In this document: positions 53,801 through 64,000 of the stretch, one piece after another | Layout of the letters: every line of letters starts with the position of its first letter | How positions within the stretch are numbered: position 1 is the stretch's first letter | Position numbers and translations under genes: made by a program | Notes under the pieces: model-generated | Database searches by the model: none | Seen by the model: the letters and a program-made list of their open reading frames with translations, nothing else | Told to the model about the DNA's origin: nothing | Assembly (NCBI RefSeq): GCF_000150275.1 | Contig: NW_002060975.1 | Location: 66,655-130,654, forward strand | Source of the DNA: Trichoplax adhaerens | Lineage: Eukaryota > Animalia > Placozoa | DNA: 64,000 bases | Direction: 5' to 3'

Positions 53801-56800
53801 AAGAATATCGACGCAGTAAATTAAAAGCTTGACTTTAGCTAATTTTAAACGAATAGAATGTACTGTACAATGGGGCTTCAGTTGTTGATTTACAATATAC
53901 TGTGACAAGGTAGCCTTTCATAAGGTGATTACTTACCGATGACAGAGTGATTGTTAATTTTAGTGAAACAACAGGTCGTCATTGATGAGGCCCTGGATGA
54001 AGTGTTTTATCAATGTACTATTACAAGTATTTCTAAACTGATTTGCAACAAGGGTAAAATGAGTAATATAGATTAATCATTAATATGTATTTTCAATTGT
54101 TATCGTTCGCTGCAGAATGATCTGCCGGAATGTCGTATTTGTTTATTTGTTATTGGCATTCCAAAAAAAAAAAAATGAGATAAACTGGCTATCCTTCTGC
54201 AATTTCCATCATTATGGCTTATTAAAAATTGATGCAAATCAAAGTTTTAAGCTATTCATTTTAGGATTAGTGCCATTGTAAACTAAGATTACACAATTTG
54301 GTGTATTCATGCTAGCTAATGGAAAAATCGTTCTTATTCGGTCATTTTCATCTGGGGTTGCTGGTTGTTTATAAAGAGATTAACTCGACACGATTACTAA
54401 AGATGTTTATAGAGAGCTGTCTAGTTCATTGCAATAGCTTAAAATTTGGATAAATTTGTAGTAATGACAGTTTTTATATATACATGTTATATATATGTCC
54501 GGGTTGATAGGCGTAATGGCTTCTAGTTCAGATTTTGTCGTGAAAGTTTCTCACGACATACGTAAACTGTATATACAGGGTACAGTACAATACAGTACAG
54601 TGGGCTGCATAATCGTACAAGAGTACTATAGTAACTTGGCAGAGCAATTTACGCTGAGGTAGGCAGTCGTTAGAATTGTTGATCATGGATAGTTTATTAT
54701 ATTATTATTATTTATTTATTAAATGACTCACTTAGGGCTCATTCAAGTATAGTATCATGCCTTTAGATTACTGTAAGTTTGTTTATTTTTATTTCTTCTT
54801 ATTCTTCTCTTTTCAATGCTGGCATTGATCAAAATGTTGCATGTTGCTAAGATGATTATGCAGCACTGTGTATACAGTATAAATTTGCATTCATATTCAA
54901 ATCGCATTTTGTATGTGTTTGTCGAGGATTTTATGGACACGTACGTGGATAACGGAATTTAAAATTGATGCAGCACTGTACATAGGACAGTACTCGGTTC
55001 CACCTGTAATTTTATCATTAACTCGCTAAACCCTGCACGCCTAGCTATGCGTTATCGACATGACTCAGTAATTGAAGGAAGTAGGACATTATTTGAATCC
55101 ATTTCTTTGAACCTAATTTATTCAATATTAGTTTACTGCATAGCCTTGCTACAAGTTTGAAGACGATCAATTGGTTCATGATGTCGATTTCAGCGATCGA
55201 CATCGTGTGCTGATGACCTGTGGTGAGTAATCGGGCGTGGTTATATTAGTCAGTACTCGTACAGAATATTGTATGGTAGAATACTGATAGCACTAATTAA
55301 TGATGATGACTCCAGGCTCAAATTAGAAGGTTACTCGCTTGTGGGTGGATTCTTGTGGCAACGCTATCCAATGGTTGCTATAACAGCTTTGCGTTTATCC
55401 ATTCTATCACCATTAGTTATTGTCCAAGTTAACAATAGCCTCTATGCTAATATGGTCTATTTTGTGTTCTGGCTTGGGTCAATGGACTTTTAAATTTCAA
55501 AAAGCAAGCAGGAGGGTCAGGGTTGTATCTGTTTCTTTTTGATTGTGGAGTATAGTGTAGACACGAGTACGTCTATCGCGTCGATTTTTTCCCTATATTG
55601 AATATGAAGGGGAATACTCTACACCATGCAGCCCTTGCTGTGATTCATTTTAGAGTTGGCATAGCTGTGTTTCATATTTCTACCGTCCATGATAGCTTAT
55701 CCATATTATAATCGGATTGGAAAATTTAAAAGCCAATGGTTCAAATTATTGCCACTCATTAATCATGGCTCAACCGCGTCAACGGGTTGGTTTTCTTTGC
55801 CACCTTCAATCTATGGGTGGGGCTTGCACACTACAGTACAGACAGTACTGTACTGTACTGAGTTTACTGACATAACATCGAGCTTGCAGTTGCACCTCGC
55901 ACGGCATGGTGTGCGAGTACCTGCGGTCTCGCTTGCCCTGTCGAAAATAATGCTGTACTGTACTGTACACTGTACTCTCGACTTATTATACAGTACTGTA
56001 CACTGTACAGTATAATACGCACAACGAACAACAACATTGTTTACAGCGTGTGACGTCGATGTTGGCGTTGACGCTTAACTATGCATTCCTCGTCAGTGAA
56101 TCAATAATTAAAATACACACTCAAGTGACAGCCGCTTGTCTACACTCTACAGTACTCTAGTCAGTTAGCTTTGGGGGATGAGCTGTTGAAAAATTGTTGC
56201 AGCTTAGCCCAATTCTTTTACTTAATTGCCAAAATTTGACAGTGAAAAATTCGTTTCCCACAAGTTTAAATCGCTATTGATTGACTCCTGTGGAGTATTA
56301 TCCTGTTTCTGAGCTAGTATACAGTAGTGGAGTGCGTTAGAAGCACAATTCATAGAAAGATGACTTCTCGCAAGAAAAATCAAGATATCAGGTATGCTTA
56401 TATCAATGGTGACGCTAAAACAATCTTTTTCATCAATCCCATTTCTTCCATGCATGTTCGCAATCAACCAATCCATTACATTTTGTTGCCAATCATGGCC
56501 AAGTATTTCTTTTTTTATTTTTGTAGTCATTGTAATGCCAGTCATATTATTTTCAATCGATAATGACATGTTGGAGAGATTACGTATCCTTCGATCTGTC
56601 ACTTGATCCTTCCAATCGGTAGGGATACAGCACAACGCGCGCTCGTGGCCCTAACACTAGTGGTACAGTATAGACTGGATACGCGGTCACACTGTGCCTT
56701 ACCTGAGAGAAAAAAAATGCGGATTAAACTTTGCACGTTATCATTATTATCTTGATGTGGATATAAAATGATCAAGTCGTCCATTACAATCCATTCGATA

Positions 56801-56804
56801 TGCA

Positions 56805-57585
56805 TAGAAAACGTCGATTTCGACAGCATCTAGGCTCATCCGTTGTTGATTTAGCGGAATGATGAAATACTCTCTTCGACCGCTGTCGTTTTAAAAGCAC
56901 ACAATTATTCAGGCATGGCATTTCTCTACCTTCTTTGGTAGTGAAAATAGCAACAAAATTGTCTTACTTTCTTTTTGTCTTAGATATGACGACTGCATGG
57001 CAAATGCAGATACGACGTTGTTCACGTTTATGTACTGCAGTCACCACTAGTAATGAAATTGAACTAGACATTACTTTTGAGCAGAAAACGCCGACTTTGA
57101 CACCATCAAGGCTAATCTGTTGTAATGGAAATAGTACAGTACAGTACGCTGCCTCCGTACTGTGCATAGTGTACAGTACAATATAGATTGTATTAAACTG
57201 CTCTCGTTTTACACTTGACTGAAGGGATCGAATTTCTGGACAATCTTTAGTAGTGGAAATAGCTCCAAGGTTTATTACTTTGATATCATGATGAACGCAA
57301 ACACGCAGCTAGTGGGTTCACGTTTATATACTGTAGCCAGTACTGGCAATGAAATCGAACTGGGCTTGACTTTATAGGAGAAAACGTCGATTTTGACAGT
57401 ATTAAACCGTCATCGATTTATTACTCACAACTAACGGCATCGAATTGCTTTATGATCTTTAGTAGTGAAAATAGCAATAAGCTTCGTTTCTTGGAAATTA
57501 GTATCAACCTAAATACAACTATCAGTACTGGCAATGTAATCGAGCCAGGCTTTACTTGTTAGCAGAAAACGCCGACTTTGCCAGT
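56805..57585. repeat. Diverged direct repeats (3 copies plus a partial one, ~210-310 bp spacing) upstream of the filamin CDS
   Basis: Recurring TAGTG(A/G)AAATAGC, ACT.G.AATG.AAT.GA and AGAAAACG.CGA.TT.G.CA blocks (last block near 56807, 57083, 57379, 57564). Confidence 0.75.
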
Positions 57586-57959
57586 TACTACTGTACTCTA
57601 TATATACTGTACAGTAACAGCAATCTGTACTGGACTATACCAGGAATGACTATACAAGTATACTTGACACATACAGTAAAATTCAACCCGGTTTTACCTT
57701 CCACGAATGTCACTTTACTGTACTAGACAACGACAACTCAAGAATAAATTGGAATACTGTATTACTATTATACTAAACAGCCAAAACCTACTGATCACCA
57801 TTTCATCAATTAAAAAGAAGAAATGTTGATCAATACCACAGTAGAAATGAAATTTAGAATCGTAAATCGAATAATCATTGCTACGTAAAAGTACAGGGAT
57901 ACGGTGTCATAGATACGAGCAGATAATAAGCATAACAATAACTGTAAACTCATTTTATC

Positions 57960-60900
57960 ATGATGCCATATTACAGAGAGGATGAAACACCAATTGAAAT
58001 GTTGGAGAATATGGCCGAAGATGCGGAATGGAAAAGAATTCAAAAAAATACTTTTACAAGATGGTGTAACCAACACTTGAAAACTCGCAACTTGCAAATT
58101 AATGATTTATTTAAAGATTTTGCTGATGGATTGAAACTAATTGCTTTATTGGAAATACTATCGGGGAGAATCATCAAAGGCTACCATCGAAAGATTAGTT
58201 TTCCTCAGCATAAAATTGAAAATGTTTCAACGGCTTTACGCTTTGTTGAAAGTCTTGGTATTTCACTCATCAGTATAGGTAAGAAAAGAATTGGTATATA
58301 CTGTATTATTATGTATGCGTACAGTATACTCAATATATATGTTCTACAGTCCAGTATAACTGCTTTTAGCGACTTTGTACTCTGCAATCCAAGATGGGTT
58401 GATACAGCAATATGTTGTATTGTTTTGCAGATATCAAACAGCTTTTAGATGCGGAAAAATGTCTTTTTTTCTTTCGCTTACCTACTGTATTTCAATAACG
58501 AGCAAAATCATAATAAACTCTAGTACTGTCCATGATAGGAGCAGAATAATACTACTGTATTTTTCTTGGCATAGTCCATTATTTAAATGTACAGCACACC
58601 CTTTTGATTAATTATTCCGGCCACCCCCTCCCTCTGGGTCAGCACCCTATGGTCTTTCCTACATACACTATATATATATATATACTGTACTGTACTGTAT
58701 GGTGTCCATGCAGGACTTTAAAAATATATGGCTTAGTGTAGTTAAACGGCCATTTAATCATCCGCCTTCCGTAGAAATTGATGGTGGCTGTAAAGTCAAG
58801 GGTGTACTGTACTGTACTGTCGATGGCATATTATGGATAGTACTGTACTAGTGAATGTAGTTATCATCGTTCAATATCAAGTAGTACGTTGAAAATGAAA
58901 TGAAATGATTCCTTCTATCATCATGATGACTACTATTATGTATCGTAATAGTCTAGTCTACATCAACGTTAAAAATACCTTCAATCTTTACGAGAATTAC
59001 AGCAGAATAGACTTAGTATACCGGTGTAGTACAGCTAAGGTAATGATAATTCTATTTATGCATACCGTAAAATTATCGAATAAAAATAGAATCATAGTTA
59101 AAGTTCATTTATATCATCAAGACTCTTATAACATCAAATTCAATCAACTAATCAATTTCTTTTTCTATATCATTTTTAACTGCCTTCAAAATTTTGATTT
59201 ATATGCGATGTACGCTAATACTATTACAGCGTGATTAACCAATTTGATCCTAGATTTAAATATACTATAACAAATTGTAGTTAATTTACTGCTAATTTGA
59301 TTACCTCATCAATCTTAAAAAATATATGCAGGTGTATCGATTTGTCTGTCGCGAATTACTTACTATGCTTAGCATACTTACTGTTAGTATTGCAACTTTT
59401 CGTAATTATTATATTGGCATAATGATACAGAAAAGAAGGAAATTTTCTCGCTGATAGACACGTACAGTATACTGTATATTGTATAATCTTATAATGATGT
59501 TATCATTAATGTTAAATAAATTATTACAAGAATAATCTATGCTAGAATTTGATTCAAAATCGATAAGTATAGTCAGTGACAACTCTGTATGCTACAAGTT
59601 GAAGAGTTAATTAGATAAAAACATGATGAGATAGCAGCTATCCATGACATTACCTGGTAGCGTGCGCTTATTTTATAATGCCTACACTTTTCTTTATCAT
59701 CATATAGATAGTGGCCATATCATCCATGGTAATAGTAAACTGATACTGGGATTAATATGGAAGCTGATTTTACATTTTCAAATTTCTCTACCTACCATTC
59801 AGCCGGCACTTCGCAAGGTGCCTGAAGACGTCATTACTGCTGATAATATGCAAAATAATCAAGCTAATCCAATGAATCAGCCACCATCACCAGTAGAAAA
59901 ACCTCAAAAAGTCAGTGCTAAACAAGCCCTACTAAATTGGGTCAACGATGTCCTTCCTAAAGACTATAAAGTGAACAATTTTACTAGGGATTGGAATGAT
60001 GGAATTGCTATTCAAGCCTTAGTGGACAATATTGCGCCTGGCTTGTGTCCAGAATACGAAACTGCTAATCCACACAATGCCCTTGAAAATGCTACCGTTG
60101 CAATGGAGAGAGCATCAGACTGCTTGGATGTACCCATGGTTAGTTTAACACGAATAGCAAATTCTCAAATAAAATAGTGAAAACAGTTAGCATCATTATA
60201 TTGTAATACATCTTATTTGTACTTTATTCCTTATTCTACTGGCTTCTTTGGTAAGACACTATTGTAAAGATAATGCATAAATTTTTTATCGATTATTAAT
60301 TATTGACTTAGAATTTGCTTTTAAATTATATATTACTGCTATAGATTATCTCATTTTATAGCTAGTCATGTCGTCTTTTCATATTGTATCGTATCGTAAC
60401 AGCCATGATGATAGGGTACTACTAATTTGGTAGTTTCTATTTTATGCAGATTTGCGGTCTAATTGTAAAAATTGGTTAATTCAAAGTCTTGTTTTGATAG
60501 TAAACAAGTATTATCACTATGTATATTTTATACAACGCATACGTGAAATATGTACGTTACTTACTTTTACTATTGATATATTTACAGGTACTAACACCAG
60601 AAGATATGGTTAATCCCAAGGTAGATGAAAAAAGTGTTATGACATATGTATCATTTTTTCCAGAAGCTAAATTGAAACCTGGCGTTAAATTACCTGGTGA
60701 TTGCGATCCAACGAAAGTTAAAGTTAAAGGTCGTGGCATTCAGCCAACTGGTCTATTAGCACATGAAAAAGCTGAGTTCATTGTCGATACGCGTGGCGCT
60801 GGTGAAGCCGAATTGGAGATTGCCGTTGTTGATCCAAATGGACGAGATGTTGATTTAAGTCAAGTCGAAGATAATGGAGATGGAACGTATACTATCGCTT

Positions 60901-63900
60901 ACAATCCGACCATTGACGGTAATTACGTTATTGATGTAATATTTTACGGTCAACATGTGCCAAAGAGCCCGTTCCATGTAGAAGTGCAGTCATTTTGCGA
61001 TCCTAATCGAGTTCGCACTGAAGGACCAGGATTAGCTTCAACTGGTGTTGTTGCAGGCGAATTTACATACTTTAATGTGCTAACTAAAGGTGCTGGCTCT
61101 GGTGAAGTAGCAGTGGAAGTCTTCGATTCTCATGGAGCATCTGATTACATTGAAATTGCTATGGAAAAAGTTAACGAAAATGTATTTAAAGTTGAATACA
61201 AACCATTAAATTCTGGTCTACATACTGTTAAAATTTTTTTTGGTGGCAAGCCAGTTCGCGGTAATCCACATCGCATTCATGTTCAACAAGGTGTTGATCC
61301 CAGTCGCGTCCGTGTTCATGGGCCTGGTATCGAACCTCGCGGTGTTATTATTAACAGAAGCACACAATTTACCGTTGATACTTCGGAAGCGGGCGATGCT
61401 AATCTTGAGATCGTGATAGAAAATAGTAAAGGTCGTAAATTGCGGCCTGTAATCGAACATAACGAAGAGGAACTAGTCAATACAGTCAGCTATACACCAA
61501 CTACTAATGGAATGCATCGTGTCACTATCAGATACGCCAATGAAGATATTCCTGGTAGTCCGTATGAAGTGGATGTTGCTTCTAAAGATGAATTAGATAT
61601 AATTAAAGTCTATGGGCGAGGATTGCATCACGCAGTAGTTAATAAAAATGCCTATTTTACAATTGAAACTTTAAAAGAAACTACTCAACCTATGAGTTTA
61701 CATATTGAAGGCCCTTCTGAGGCAACGGTTGAATGTTATGAAGATGATAATGCCAAATGCGATGTTGCTTACGTTGCTTCAGCACCTGGCCAGTACTCGA
61801 TTCACATCCTATTTGGTGAGAAAGAATACATTGAAAGCCCTTACCTTGCTGATATGGTCCCAGCATTTTGTGATCCTAGTAAATGTAACGCCAGTGGACC
61901 TGGTTTAGATAGGACTGGGTTGCTATCGGGTACCGAAACTGAATTTATTGTTGATACTAGTGAAGCTGGTCTAGGTGAATTAATGATCGCAATCCAAGAT
62001 TCTAAAGGAAATGAACTTGATGTAGACATCATTGACAACAGAGACGATACTTTTACCGCGAAGTATACGCCTGTTGATCCCGACAGATACAGAATATCTA
62101 TCCATTATGGTAATCAACCAATTCCGAGAAGTCCATTTCGTGTCAAAGTTGATCCTAGTTGGGATGCATCCAAGTGTAAAGCCAATGGTCCTGGTATTGC
62201 ACCGGTGGGCGTTAAAGCTATGGAAGTAACCCATTTTAATGTTGACGCAACTAAAGCTGGTGTTGCAGAATTAATGGTTGAAATCAGTCAGCAAACCGGT
62301 GGCACTAAATCGCAAGAACTACTTGCTGATATTATTGATAATAATGATGGTACATTTACAGTTGAATTCACACCGCCAAAGCCTGGTAGGTATACTGTTG
62401 TTGTAAAATACGGTGATGCACATATACCCGATAGTCCGTATCGTATTAAAGTCGATAAAGGTTACGACGCTAGTAAATGTCATGCCGAAGGCCTTGGTAT
62501 TGAAAGAAGAGGTAATCATGTTGGTCAACGAACCGAATTTCAAATTGATACAATCCAAGCTGGACAAGGAGAGTTAACGCTTAACTTTGAAGGATTCGTT
62601 ATTAATGCTAGCGATCCCTATAATTCAGAGAGCCCTTATGATGTTGACGTTGTGACAAACGATAACCAATGCTATGCTGTATCGTATACACCTATTGATG
62701 AAGGACAGTTAACAATCTCTGTCCTATACGGTGCCGATGATATACCAGGCAGTCCATTTCGGGTCATTGTTGCGCCTGGAATTGATCCAAGTAAATGTCT
62801 AGCACAAGGTCCCGGCTTAGCACCAACTGGAGTTGTAACGAAATATCAAGCTCATTTTGAGATTTTTACTGATGGTGCTGGTCCTGGTGAATTAGCAGTT
62901 GTTGTAGAAGGGCCATCTGGTGACGTAGATCCTGAAATTGAAGCTAAAAATGATGTTCATACCGATTTTGCTGTCAATTATATACCTAATGAGGAAGGTA
63001 TGCATACTGTAACGATCCTTTTTGGTGGTGTTAATATTCCTGGTAGCCCATTCAATATTAACGTTGGACCTCATGCTGATGCAAGTAAATGTTACGGTAG
63101 TGGTCCAGGTTTACAAAATACCGGTCTGCAAGCAAATCAAGCGACATATTTTGAAGTAGATACAGCTGATGCTGGCATAGGTGATTTAGAAATCGATATT
63201 AAGGATGAAGATAATCAAGATGTAGTTGCGACAATTAAAGATAATGAAGATGGTACCTATTTAGTTAATTATCGCCCATTGGAGCCGGGTAAATACGTCG
63301 TATCCGTAATCTATGCCGATGATCATATTCCTAGTAGCCCGTACTTTGTTAATGTCGCTAAAGGTAAAGATTTTAGTGGCGTTCAAATTTATGGTCGTGG
63401 TTTACGTCGTGGTGTCGTGGATAAATACGCTTACTTTACGGTTAAAACAGAAATTGATCTCACTGATCCAATGAGCTTTGCTGTTGAAGGCCCCGCCGAA
63501 GCTACAATCAATTGTACGGATAATGGTGATCATACTTGTACTGTTTCTTATGTTGCTGATGTTGAAGGAACATATTCTATTCATGTTTTCTTCGGCGATG
63601 AGGAATATCCACATAGTCCCTACTTTCCAAAAATTGAGCCTGCATTTTGCGATCCTAGTAAATGTACTGCCAAAGGACCAGGATTAAATCGAACTGGCCT
63701 TAAGACCGGCTACCCTGCTGATTTTACTGTTGACACTAGCGAAGCTGGACTTGGAGATTTAATGATCATTGTCGAAGATGTTAGAGGAATCGAGGCTGAA
63801 GTTAGTATTGTTGACAATCGCGATGACACTTTTACTGTTACATATACACCGACTGCACCAGAATACTACGTTATTACCATTCTATTTGGTAATCAACCCA

Positions 63901-64000
63901 TACCACGTAGTCCTTACAGAGTTAGAGTAGATCCTAGCTGGGACGCTTCGAAATGTATTGCAACCGGCCCAGGTATTGAACCAGCTAGTGTTAAAGCACT
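57960..64000 (+). CDS. FLN: Filamin (CH1-CH2 actin-binding domain plus at least 11 Ig-filamin repeats), 3'-truncated by the window; exons 57960-58278, 59708-60138, 60588->64000
   Basis: AEDAEWKRIQKNTFTRWCNQHLK, DGLKLIALLE, GNSKLILGLIW, NFTRDWNDG, APGLCP, PKVDEKSVMTYVSFFP. The frame stays open from 60588 to the window end with repeated DPSK..A.GPGL...G.YTV.Y.P...IPGSPF.V units. Confidence 0.97.

Noticed and set aside
56222-56635. 137-aa minus-strand ORF
   Set aside because: Non-ATG start, no recognisable domain, and it lies in the probable filamin 5' region.
60557-63687. Short ORFs listed within the filamin region
   Set aside because: They are shadow or off-frame ORFs of the long filamin exon.

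Overview
AT-rich eukaryotic DNA with GT-AG introns, most likely placozoan (Trichoplax-like). This is inferred from composition, compact introns and the UGT/SLC6/orphan-GPCR content. Left to right: a ~160-bp satellite; four paralogous two-coding-exon UDP-glycosyltransferase genes (one minus-strand and cut by the window edge, three plus-strand); a minus-strand SLC6 Na+/Cl- transporter whose TM2 exon probably lies in an N-gap; an uncharacterised secreted/GPI-type protein with two PPC-like domains; a complete 10-exon GMPPB; a composite repeat; an amine-receptor-like orphan GPCR; a ~18 kb stretch without recognisable genes that holds tandem repeats and a probable solo LTR; and the 5' part of a filamin gene, whose >3.4 kb Ig-repeat exon the ORF track misses. 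Most notable: a very compact bidirectional UGT promoter with outward-facing GTAAGT donors, TACAGTA/TACTGTA clusters near gene 5' ends, a duplicated 'poison' splice acceptor in SLC6, the PPC-tandem surface protein, the solo LTR, and a 6-domain super-repeat in filamin. Exon boundaries were read by eye and no searches were run.
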